Virus record (IMG/VR): IMGVR_UViG_3300027985_000918
Coordinates: 186,001 to 250,000 of that record
DNA length: 64,000 bases
Direction: 5' to 3' (one strand)
The position numbers were made by a program, and so were the translations under genes. Shown here piece by piece: positions 9,601 to 17,309 of this stretch (the stretch's first letter is position 1; every line of letters begins with the position of its first letter). The notes beneath the pieces were generated by a model. That model was not told the DNA's origin, ran no database searches, and worked only from the letters and a program-made list of their open reading frames with translations.

Positions 9601-11098
9601 GCATCGTCCCATCGGTAGGATCAGCCCACTCCAACATTGGGAACAGGTAGTTCGTCAGCGCCTTGTGGACCTCTCGGAACCTCTTGATCTTCCCCATGTA
9701 GGGATACTTGTCCTTGGCGCTCTCGATGACGGCATCCAGGATATCCCTGGATGTCTTGACTTGCCCGGATTTCTCGGTGAACACCAGCCCCGGGACCCCC
9801 AGCTCCCAAAACATCTCCCCGAGCTGCTTGGGGGAAGCCACATCGTAGATGGCGGGCCAGGGTTTCCCCGCCCGAACCACCGGCTCCTTCGGGTCCGTGA
9901 ACCCTAGGGCCTGGTACTGATTTTTGGCCCGCTGGATCTGGTCGTTCAGGAGGTTATTGGGGTTATGGGACTCAAACGTCCGCCGGATAGCCTTGTAGTA
10001 GCCCGGCATCACATCCCTGCCCAGGACCTCGGAGACCGCCTCATACAAATCGAAGATGGACTCGAACCACTCCTGTTGGCCAAGCTGAAGCAGCTCCAAC
10101 ACCTTGGACTTGTCCCGGTAGATGCGGTTACGGTGCATCCACCGGACAGCTCCCACACAACTCTTCTCGATGCCGTAGATAGACTTCTGGGACCGCCCAT
10201 CCTCAGGGTTGACAACCTGGTCGTACACGTTGTCGAAGTGGCGGTAGGTCATAATGCCATCGCCACCGCCATACCACAGGACTTCCTGTCTTCCCGGATC
10301 GAGGGTGGCGAAGTCCATCTCCCCAGTGTGCCCTTCGGGGAACAGCTCGTGCAGCTCGATTTGGTCACAGTGCAGCTCCTGCTCCGACAGGTACTTGAGC
10401 TGCTTGTTCTTGCGCCGAGAGTCCTGAAGGTAGTACAGGATTTCGGTGTCCTCCCAGACACTGGGCTTGTCCCAGTCCCCGAAAGGCTCACCACCCCAAT
10501 ACGTCAGGAACTCTTGATCGAAGATCCCGCCATGAAAGACGGCCCGGACCCTCTTGCCCATCGTGGCTTCAATGAGGCGACGGAACTCCTCCTCGAACAA
10601 GTCCCATGGGATGTTGTGCTCAGCTCCAGCGGTATGCCGGAGGGGGATGTAGTAGCCAGTGACACCGTCAGGGCTCATGCAAACCCCAACGATCTTGTCC
10701 ACCGTCTCTCCCACACCCTGAGCGTTGTAGAACACCCGATTGTCCAGGCCGGTAGTCTCCAGGTCGAGAGCGTAGTACCCGTGTGGAGCGTTGATGCAGT
10801 GATCGATGCAAGCCGCAAGGTTGTCCTGATTCACCAGGACAAACTTACAGTCCGTCATCCAGTCCCGCACCGCTACCTGGGGGTACTGCTGATCGATCAG
10901 GAAGTCGGCACCCGAGAGGGCGTCCTCACCATCACATACGGGAGGGGTGCTCTGGGGGGTCAAGGGGAATCCCCCCTCGTCCTCATCTTCATCATCGTAA
11001 ATGTCGAGAGCGCCCAGGTTGAGAATTTCGTCTTCCGGCAAGATAGGTCCTCCGATGTGTCGTCCAAGCCTCCCTACTCGGTTAGAGGCTGAACTCAT
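6677..11098 (-). CDS. polA: Family A DNA polymerase (3'-5' exonuclease + polymerase) with intein
   Basis: ExoI YALDLETTGLD; KVDTGRF; motif A AIDFSGVELR; motif B RQDAKATNFALCYGGG; ERNSVNGPIQG|SSAD; motif C TMHDELVF. The true start may be TTG at 11041 (GGAGG RBS). Confidence 0.95.
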   Translation of the reverse strand: MSSASNRVGRLGRHIGGPILPEDEILNLGALDIYDDEDEDEGGFPLTPQSTPPVCDGEDALSGADFLIDQQYPQVAVRDWMTDCKFVLVNQDNLAACIDHCINAPHGYYALDLETTGLDNRVFYNAQGVGETVDKIVGVCMSPDGVTGYYIPLRHTAGAEHNIPWDLFEEEFRRLIEATMGKRVRAVFHGGIFDQEFLTYWGGEPFGDWDKPSVWEDTEILYYLQDSRRKNKQLKYLSEQELHCDQIELHELFPEGHTGEMDFATLDPGRQEVLWYGGGDGIMTYRHFDNVYDQVVNPEDGRSQKSIYGIEKSCVGAVRWMHRNRIYRDKSKVLELLQLGQQEWFESIFDLYEAVSEVLGRDVMPGYYKAIRRTFESHNPNNLLNDQIQRAKNQYQALGFTDPKEPVVRAGKPWPAIYDVASPKQLGEMFWELGVPGLVFTEKSGQVKTSRDILDAVIESAKDKYPYMGKIKRFREVHKALTNYLFPMLEWADPTDGTMRINFRAHKVDTGRFATPAKAKVQLVGWPQMNLQSVPATYDPERPECMRRLRECIAARPPKSPEAPRRYIVAIDFSGVELRLVTNLSREPKWMAEFFRCSSCSRTFDKGDGTCTPEAPPPRCPNCGSDKIGDLHTLTALNIFGEDALDRPNWKQLRQDAKATNFALCYGGGGNAVIRATGCSKNEGWRVKRQFDETYKTLASWWRAQWDFARKHEYVLTAFGRKYPVPDINSEDGGFRSKAERNSVNGPIQGCLHGGSRVPTSLGIRRIEDLSGKTFDVWTGTCWAKGRAFPSGLKKLMHTTLMSGLVMRTSPDHRFRVYEEGLLTWVRQEDLTPDMWVVTDAVGVELPDQVLSFEDKKGYRFEGNHDALWELLGLVIGDGSIQEDGLIIHVGGPDAAQQARYYADRLAPPLGLAATVKEKPRVDGDGRLPTWQVCFWNTAFREFCRMLGLGDWNTWTKRVPEAVWAQSARHRAAFLRGYFSAEGCVNVAQAVDVRSTNPDLLMDTHKLLRTLGIRSTVRLDSKRVFVKDRVAFRNQVGFLIPEESARLWAIESNPRTGQWHTLPQDLIRRIGETVYGSSIYADLQRSEKSAVLRLRAGSGSKSQCQRYLAKLPPKEVPSTITALLEYNYEQVVEVEDTGEPVEMFDVEVKDCVHAFVCDGVVVHNSSADITKIAMALVYKEMKQRGWDKDKVLMIITMHDELVFDISGDVLEEAIEIIKPLMSRNAFILAKKWPIPLTSDVEIGHAWDVEWDLNAMRAGEVRFNGNKKYKKPDKAVADGLVWGEMSKFPAELAPYFRMHNFDEVVAWSKDPSQRPEAKPLVPAKPVPSAPLSAPVVDPREDPELSPPEDVPLAYTGADGDPDGQSALHAVQDEAVAALAVAAVESQEPAGPPMGLKKGDEYIFELRGPLRYETVDELARVIIQCRGKGTRLLRIKLPDGTMLEELEPWKELFGDEAVLVNESEFFWTARARRLC
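7607..8848 (-). mobile_element. Intein (414 aa) with LAGLIDADG homing endonuclease in PolA
   Basis: Starts CLHGGSRV and ends VVHN followed by Ser. Endonuclease blocks LLGLVIGDG and FLRGYFSAEG. Removing it restores NGPIQG-SSAD. Confidence 0.95.
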
Positions 11099-11528
11099 CC
11101 CCCTCGACTACTACGACGTACCGGCCCTCTTTCCACGCCTGGACGACCACTGAGGCAACCGCAGAAGCGAGATCGTTCAGGGGGGCCTCGAAACACAGGG
11201 GGACCCGGGGGCAGGGGTAGCAGTCCTCCCTGGAGAACATCACGCAGTTGCCGTGGATGCGACAAAGGTCCTGAGGGGCCATCTTGAGCAGGCGGGCGGG
11301 GGGACGCCCGATAGCATTCATGAGCGGGGTGCCCATGCCGTGGAGGGCATGGCTCAGGTCCTCACCATCTACCACGGAGATCAGGGGCTCGTAGGGGGTC
11401 CCCAGGAGGGGGCTCAAAACCCCCCAAGGTCCAGCGGCATCTGGTAGAGGGCGGAGGACCATCACGGACCCCCAGTCTGGGGTCGTGATGGTGAACCGAC
11501 GAATGCCGTTTTCGATGTCAGAGAGCAC
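11082..11528 (-). CDS. Hypothetical Cys-rich protein (148 aa)
   Basis: GTG start overlaps the primase 3' end. LCRIHGNCVMFSREDCYPCPRVPLC holds 5 Cys. Confidence 0.65.
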   Translation of the reverse strand: MLSDIENGIRRFTITTPDWGSVMVLRPLPDAAGPWGVLSPLLGTPYEPLISVVDGEDLSHALHGMGTPLMNAIGRPPARLLKMAPQDLCRIHGNCVMFSREDCYPCPRVPLCFEAPLNDLASAVASVVVQAWKEGRYVVVVEGDEFSL

Positions 11529-13032
11529 TGGCCCACTCTTTGTACTTCTGGGAGACCTTCTGGCGAACCCTCTCCAGAGCAACCCTCCCCTGGTATTCGT
11601 TGAGCTTCTTGCCTTTGCTATCTGTGGTGAGGTAAACCACCTTGTCGAAGGCCTCCCACATAGAGGCAACGGCTCGGGGGTCCATGTCTCGCTCCGACGT
11701 GATTGACTGGAGAGTAGTCTCCAGAGCCCGGCAGTCTTCCTCGAACGTGCGACCGGGGATCAGCTTAACCTCGGGCTTCGGCTCAGAGGCAGGCGGAGGG
11801 GAGGGAGCTGGTGTCGGGACCACCTCTCCGGAAAAGGGTTCCTCCTCTTCCAGCTCTTCCGGGGATTCCACCCCGAGCAGAACCCCCATGTCCAGTTCCG
11901 AGTCTTCATCCAGGCGAACGATCCCCCGGGACAGGAACTCGGCCGGGGAATGGGCTTCGGAAGGGATCGGCCCGGTATACCCGTTCAGCCGGAGACTCTG
12001 GTAGCTGGTCGGGCTGTACCCCGAGGCTAGAGCCTTGTCGAAGGTCCGATCCGTCTCGTCGGGGGTATACCGAGGGTCCAAGGCGCTCAGGCGGTGGAAT
12101 TCGGCCCGGCCGGCATCCCCGAACACGGCCACGAGGTTGGTAGCGAGACCCCACCAGGTATGGAGGTTGACACCCCCGGGTTCGGACTCCGCCCACTCGA
12201 AGAACGGTTCCGTTTCCAGGCCGGACACCTGCCCACGGAAATCCTCACCCGAAATAAGAGCCTTGGCCGTCTCTCCGTAGACAGCCAGCCGGATCTCACG
12301 GTGTTTGCGGTATCTCCGCTCCGAGGACTCTTTGACGTGTCGTTCGTAGGCCGCCACGTCGAACTCGGGGATGTGGGCGATGAACCAAGGGACATCCAGG
12401 GTGTCTAGGTTCACCTGGGGCTGGTAGATGCGGCCGGTTCGGTGCAGGGCCCCAGGGGCCACCACGTAGTTCCGCTTGGATTTCACGTCGATGGCGGTTT
12501 TGCCCCACTCGGCGTGCTTGACGATCTTTTTGCCGTCCTCGACCTCGTAGTCCCAGGAGATGACCCCTTCATCGGGCCCGATAATTTTGTTCCGCCCTGA
12601 GACGTGGATCCCGGCGGGGGTCCGGTAGTAGTGGTGGCTCCCACCGCCCTCACGCCCCGTGGTGACCACGAAGGGTGTCACCCCATACTGATCTTCGATC
12701 CAGGAGGCCATACGGGGATCGTCGGCATCCACCACTGTGAACCGGACCCGGGTCCCGGAGTCGGGGAGCAGAAGGGGGGTGGCGTCCGGCCACTCCCGAG
12801 CCCACTCCAAGATTTGCTCGGGGCCCAAGAGTTCTGGAGACTCGCCGCTGTACGGGGCAAACGGGACATGAGGGGCCTTGTTGACGCTTCCGGGGATGAC
12901 ATTGAACCCCCAGGAGTGCCAGCGCATCGCCACCCTGTAGTACAGGGTTCCCTTCCCCTTGCGCTCGGGGTCATAGGGGGTCGAAACCAGGGCTTCAATG
13001 GCGTCGTCGAGTTTTTCAGGGGCATCCCACAT
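11518..13032 (-). CDS. Bifunctional primase-polymerase (AEP Prim-Pol) with PriCT-2-like domain
   Basis: WGFNVIPG..NKAPH, VVDADD, VTTGREGGGSHHYY, IDVKSKRNYVVAPGALH, then WWGLATNL..GRAEFHRLSALDPRY. No fused helicase. Confidence 0.9.
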   Translation of the reverse strand: MWDAPEKLDDAIEALVSTPYDPERKGKGTLYYRVAMRWHSWGFNVIPGSVNKAPHVPFAPYSGESPELLGPEQILEWAREWPDATPLLLPDSGTRVRFTVVDADDPRMASWIEDQYGVTPFVVTTGREGGGSHHYYRTPAGIHVSGRNKIIGPDEGVISWDYEVEDGKKIVKHAEWGKTAIDVKSKRNYVVAPGALHRTGRIYQPQVNLDTLDVPWFIAHIPEFDVAAYERHVKESSERRYRKHREIRLAVYGETAKALISGEDFRGQVSGLETEPFFEWAESEPGGVNLHTWWGLATNLVAVFGDAGRAEFHRLSALDPRYTPDETDRTFDKALASGYSPTSYQSLRLNGYTGPIPSEAHSPAEFLSRGIVRLDEDSELDMGVLLGVESPEELEEEEPFSGEVVPTPAPSPPPASEPKPEVKLIPGRTFEEDCRALETTLQSITSERDMDPRAVASMWEAFDKVVYLTTDSKGKKLNEYQGRVALERVRQKVSQKYKEWASAL

Positions 13033-13053
13033 GGCGGTACTACCCCCCGAGGC

Positions 13054-13293
13054 TCAGAATCTGCTGGGGTCTTCGGTGATCCACCCCAAATCGTAGGACA
13101 TGCTCTCGGCGGCCCGCTGGGCGGCGATGACGTCGTAGTGGGGGAATGAAACCTGGATAGTGCCGCTGGAGTCTTGGAGCCTAGCAATGTAGCCGGACCG
13201 CTTCCAGAAAACCTGGAGGACCTGGAGAGGGTTGCCCGGAACCCGAGCACAGAGAATCCCGTTCTGATCCTGATCCCAGCTCAGCTTCAGCAT
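13054..13293 (-). CDS. Hypothetical protein (79 aa)
   Basis: GGAGG RBS; fills the gap between def and the primase. Confidence 0.65.
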   Translation of the reverse strand: MLKLSWDQDQNGILCARVPGNPLQVLQVFWKRSGYIARLQDSSGTIQVSFPHYDVIAAQRAAESMSYDLGWITEDPSRF

Positions 13294-13313
13294 CCGATCC
13301 TCCAGGCCCTAAG

Positions 13314-13787
13314 CTATAGGGAACCCTGCATCTTCGCCCGTTTCTCAAAGGTGATGCCGTCGAGGTGATCCAGCTCATGCTGGAAGCAGATCGCCAGGAG
13401 ACCGGAGACCCAGTCGGCAAACGGCTTGCCGTTTTCATCTAGGGCTCGGATGCGGATACGGAAAGCCCTCTGAACCTTGAGGGTCTCCCCGGGGAACGAA
13501 AGGCACCCCTCAGGGATGGAAGTCTCCCCCTCGAAATCCAAGATCTCCGGATTGATGAACACCATGGGGGCGCTCTTCGGGGACACGTCCATCACGAAGA
13601 GGCGGTGGGTCAAACCCACCTGGTTGGCAGCCAGGCCGATCCCGCCCTTCTGGTACATCGTGACGAACATCCGGTCGATTAGGGGACGGATGGCGGCCAC
13701 GTCCTCGACGAGAAGGCAAGGGGTTTCCAGGCGGACATCGGGAGCCTGGATCAGAGGAAGAGGTTCGGATGCCATGTCGGGGATCAC
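13314..13787 (-). CDS. def: Peptide deformylase
   Basis: All three PDF motifs are present: GIGLAANQ, EGCLSFPG, QHELDHLDG. Short C-terminus. Confidence 0.95.
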   Translation of the reverse strand: MIPDMASEPLPLIQAPDVRLETPCLLVEDVAAIRPLIDRMFVTMYQKGGIGLAANQVGLTHRLFVMDVSPKSAPMVFINPEILDFEGETSIPEGCLSFPGETLKVQRAFRIRIRALDENGKPFADWVSGLLAICFQHELDHLDGITFEKRAKMQGSL

Positions 13788-13834
13788 GGGCTACTCCTTT
13801 CAAGGTTTCTACCTTACCCGCAGGGAGAAGGAGG

Positions 13835-13863
13835 GGTAACCCCGAGTGAGGGTCTGGGTAGTT
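13835..13863 (+). promoter_or_regulatory. Candidate bipartite promoter GGTAAC-N17-GTAGTT
   Basis: Upstream of the plus-strand SF2 gene. The GGTAAC sits inside the GGGG-TAA-CCCC inverted repeat. Confidence 0.55.
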
Positions 13864-13868
13864 GGAGG

Positions 13869-15617
13869 GTGAACGACGGAGACCACTTCATGAAAATCGG
13901 ACACGAAAAAATCTTTCCTCAGCAAATTCAGATGGCCACGCTGATTTGGATGCTGCTCTTGGACCGTCTCCAGGGTAACCCCCATGCCAGAACGCCTCTA
14001 CTAATGGCCCAGCCCCAGCAGGGCAAGACAGGGGCGATCATCTGCCTCATCGACAAGTTCATCGACTACTGCGTGAAGCATTCCAAAACATTCCAGGTTA
14101 TCGTGACCTGCGGACTGGCAGAGTTGTCCCTACGGGACCAGACGCTGGCACGCCTCACGGAATCTGTAGCAGATGACGGAATGACGCTGACAGGGGCCTG
14201 CCTCGACATCAAGGCTCGGAGCACTGGGTTGGCTCGGTACAAGCCTGTTGCGGGTACGACAATGCCCGGGATCCTCGTGGTGAACCGATCCACTAAACTT
14301 CGCAGTCTCAAAAAACATCTTCTCTGTGATGTGGATCTTCGACTGGTCATCTCCGATGAGTGCCACGTCGGTAACGGGAAGGGTGGCTGTATGGATAAGT
14401 TCCTGCAGACACTGGGAGTGCGACCAAATCAACAGATCCATACCTGGCAGGACGATGCCTGTGGCGGGAAAACACTCTTCGTCCCCGTGTCTGCAACCCC
14501 GTTCGCCCATTTCGCCCTCTCTGCCAAATATAAGGGGGCTCCGGCATCCCGCACTCTCTATGACACGGTGTATGTAGCCCCAGGTGAGAACTATACAAGC
14601 CCACTGGATTTGTGGGACAACCGTCTTCTTCCTACAGGAGCCCTTTTCTGTAATGTAGGGGACGAGCTGGTCCCTTCTCCCATCCTGGGAGACATCTTCG
14701 ACCATTTCGAGCAGGAGTGCGAAAGCTACGGTCCGGGGTATTCCCTCATGAGGGCTACCGGAAAAGAACACGAAGCCCTCATGGGTTACATTGAGAACCG
14801 TAACCGCAGAGGGATCCCGACTGAAGTCATGTGCTTCGACAGCAAGCCTGGGAAGGATTCGGACTCCAGACCAATTTCAGAATTGCTGTCGCAATTGGCA
14901 ACTCGGCCACAGGTTCCCGTGGTGTTGGTAATCCGAGGTGCTTTCCGGGCGGGTATGACCCTCCCCCAAAACCACTACATCCGCCTCTGGGTAGAAACAT
15001 CTTCCGACAACGTGGATACCCAACTCCAGGCAGGAGTAGGACGGGCCTGCGGGTATGGGCGAAAAGGGGATGTTTTCCCCATCTACTGTGACATCCCCAA
15101 GATCCAAGAAGCCTTGGACTTCTACCGGAATCTGGAGTTTTTGGAGCCGGTGTCCGCAATCCCCTCTGGGGTACAGAACCACCAGGCCCTCAATACGGTC
15201 GATGTCGCTCCCGTGGGGTGGATCTCCAAGCAGGAATGGATTGATGGAAAGGGCATGCTGCATCCCGCAAGAGACCGGATGTGGTTCAAACCAAGGCATG
15301 CCCAAATTGCTACCACCAGGGGCAACATCGCCAAAGATACCGCTCTGCTGACACTACGAGGAACCCGTGAAAGTGGCAACACATGGGGGCATGAGGTCAA
15401 CGGCAAAGCCGATTCGGAGCGTTACCGGGAGTATGTGAGACTGTACCCCGACCGGCAACCCGATTCCACCCTGGAGGCGATGCACCACCACTATGACCTG
15501 TTGCTTAAAACTTTTCCGGGGTGCGAAGGCAACGTAATCGTGTTCGAGCACACTGGGGATGAATCCCCGGATGGTGACTCTATTCAGAGGCGTCGGTCTG
15601 CTCTGGCGGAATACTAA
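13869..15617 (+). CDS. SF2 (DExH) helicase/ATPase-like protein, Z1-endonuclease-like motifs
   Basis: Walker A AQPQQGKTG, Walker B ISDECH, motif III SATP, and DTQLQAGVGRACGY. The likely start is ATG 13890 (GGAG RBS). Confidence 0.75.
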   Translation: MNDGDHFMKIGHEKIFPQQIQMATLIWMLLLDRLQGNPHARTPLLMAQPQQGKTGAIICLIDKFIDYCVKHSKTFQVIVTCGLAELSLRDQTLARLTESVADDGMTLTGACLDIKARSTGLARYKPVAGTTMPGILVVNRSTKLRSLKKHLLCDVDLRLVISDECHVGNGKGGCMDKFLQTLGVRPNQQIHTWQDDACGGKTLFVPVSATPFAHFALSAKYKGAPASRTLYDTVYVAPGENYTSPLDLWDNRLLPTGALFCNVGDELVPSPILGDIFDHFEQECESYGPGYSLMRATGKEHEALMGYIENRNRRGIPTEVMCFDSKPGKDSDSRPISELLSQLATRPQVPVVLVIRGAFRAGMTLPQNHYIRLWVETSSDNVDTQLQAGVGRACGYGRKGDVFPIYCDIPKIQEALDFYRNLEFLEPVSAIPSGVQNHQALNTVDVAPVGWISKQEWIDGKGMLHPARDRMWFKPRHAQIATTRGNIAKDTALLTLRGTRESGNTWGHEVNGKADSERYREYVRLYPDRQPDSTLEAMHHHYDLLLKTFPGCEGNVIVFEHTGDESPDGDSIQRRRSALAEY

Positions 15618-15619
15618 GC

Positions 15620-16498
15620 ATGTACCGAGGTGACACCCCCGCAAAAACCCGGTGCCGGAAATTGGTATGGGGCCTGCACAAGCGGCTCTTGGGAGAGGCT
15701 TTTCTGTCCACCCCCCACGTTTTCACGGCCTCTCGCTTCGGTGGTGACATCGAGGTACTATTGAAGAAGGGGGTGCCCCCCGATAATGTGTGGGCGGTTG
15801 ATACTGACCAGGAGGCCGTAAGAGACCTTATCCCCCTAAAGAAGCAACGGGGGTTCCGGCTATTTCCCAGAAACATCACCCAAGTGGTACAGCAGAACCC
15901 CTCGGTGCAGTCGGTCTACCTTGATTTGTGCGGGCATCTGAAAGGCCGAGATACCAGGATGTCCATCACGGAGACCGTTCGGTCCTTGCCCCGAGGCAGC
16001 GTTCTAAGTGTCACGCTGCTTCGGGGGAGAGAACAAAATCTCCATATGGACAGGGAACAAGAGCTGATTGGCCTGATCCAGCAACACACAAAGCACCCCG
16101 TGACTCTTTTGCAGGCCCTTTCCTACTTGTCAAACGACCATAAATCGAAAGGGTCCCCCATGATCACTTGGACTTTTGTGCTTCGGGAGCATAAGTCCAA
16201 GGTGAGGAGAGTTGATTTGAGCAAAAACACCGAAAACAAGTCCCAGAAGCAAAGCCAGGCGGCTCGGAAGGCGTGGGAGACTCGCCGTCGCCTAGCGGCA
16301 GAGAAAGAATCCCTGTCCCAGAAACGAAGCCAGGCGGCTCACAAAGCGTGGGAGACTCGACGCCGCTCCACTGCGGAGCAAGAAACCCTCAGTTTTGTGG
16401 ATGAGGGCCTCGGGTCTCCCACTAGCACCACCGTTGAGCCCCTAACGGTGAAGTTGATTCAGTTGTGGCAGCACATGACCCAAAAGCTGAGGGGATAG
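15620..16498 (+). CDS. Putative SAM-dependent methyltransferase-fold protein with tandem basic C-terminal repeats
   Basis: TASRFGGD..VWAVDTD..VYLDLCG looks like Rossmann MTase strands. Two copies of SQAA(R/H)KAWETRRR. Confidence 0.5.
   Translation: MYRGDTPAKTRCRKLVWGLHKRLLGEAFLSTPHVFTASRFGGDIEVLLKKGVPPDNVWAVDTDQEAVRDLIPLKKQRGFRLFPRNITQVVQQNPSVQSVYLDLCGHLKGRDTRMSITETVRSLPRGSVLSVTLLRGREQNLHMDREQELIGLIQQHTKHPVTLLQALSYLSNDHKSKGSPMITWTFVLREHKSKVRRVDLSKNTENKSQKQSQAARKAWETRRRLAAEKESLSQKRSQAAHKAWETRRRSTAEQETLSFVDEGLGSPTSTTVEPLTVKLIQLWQHMTQKLRG
16241..16365 (+). repeat. Two-copy 75-bp direct repeat (SQK(Q/R)SQAA(R/H)KAWETRRR)
   Basis: tcccagaagcaaagccaggcggctc.. at 16241 and tcccagaaacgaagccaggcggctc.. 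at 16316. Confidence 0.9.
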
Positions 16499-16500
16499 CC

Positions 16501-17283
16501 CTATTCTGGGGTATCGCCGAACATAGAAAGGATGTCCTTGGGGTCAGTGTGGTTCTGCCACAGAGCTTCCTTACTCACCTTCCCTCCGTGCTTGGCATTA
16601 CTGGCTTTTATGTCCAGATAGGGCTCGAAGGGAAGCCAGTTAGCCCCTACATTCTCACACACCATGACCTGCCCTTTTCTCCCTCGGCACCACTCCCCTA
16701 GACGCTCAAAGTCAATATCTGTCGAACTACACTTGTAGTATTTTCCGGCCTTGGCATAAGGAGGATCGATGAACCAAGTCGCCTCAATGTCAGGAGCATC
16801 CTCATAGCTACTCTCGATCAGAGTCCAATGCCGAATATGGTCCACCTGGGAGGCGATTCGTCGCTTCACAGGGGACCCCCATCCAACATTGAACGACCTG
16901 CTAGATGCCTTGCCAAACTCTCCCCCTCTGTGCCTGCGAGCCCAGGAACTCAAAGTTTTGCCGGGTCCGGTACCCGCCTGATTGAGCCACCAACCGATCA
17001 AATACCGGGCTTCCTCACACACATTCAGATCCTCCACGCTCTGGCCCTCTTGAATGTCCGGAAGGGCCAGAATTTCCTCGGGTTTGACCCGAATCAGGTA
17101 CTTCCATGTGGCGGCGATCACCGGATCCTTTTCGATCAGGATGATGTTTTTTTTGTGGTGGTATACCGAGTACCCGGCCCCCCCGCAAAAAGGTTCCACA
17201 ATGGTATCGTAGTCTGGCTCAGGGTAATGGGGAGCCGCCCGATACTTCCCGCCGTAGAAGTAGAAAAAAGGCTTAAGGATCAT
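16501..17283 (-). CDS. DNA adenine methyltransferase (Dam-like, D12 class)
   Basis: FYFYGGK, IVEPFCGGAG (motif I) and FIDPPY (motif IV) in alpha-class order. Confidence 0.9.
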   Translation of the reverse strand: MILKPFFYFYGGKYRAAPHYPEPDYDTIVEPFCGGAGYSVYHHKKNIILIEKDPVIAATWKYLIRVKPEEILALPDIQEGQSVEDLNVCEEARYLIGWWLNQAGTGPGKTLSSWARRHRGGEFGKASSRSFNVGWGSPVKRRIASQVDHIRHWTLIESSYEDAPDIEATWFIDPPYAKAGKYYKCSSTDIDFERLGEWCRGRKGQVMVCENVGANWLPFEPYLDIKASNAKHGGKVSKEALWQNHTDPKDILSMFGDTPE

Positions 17284-17309
17284 GCGGCCCCCCAGAAGCA
17301 GATGCTGGA

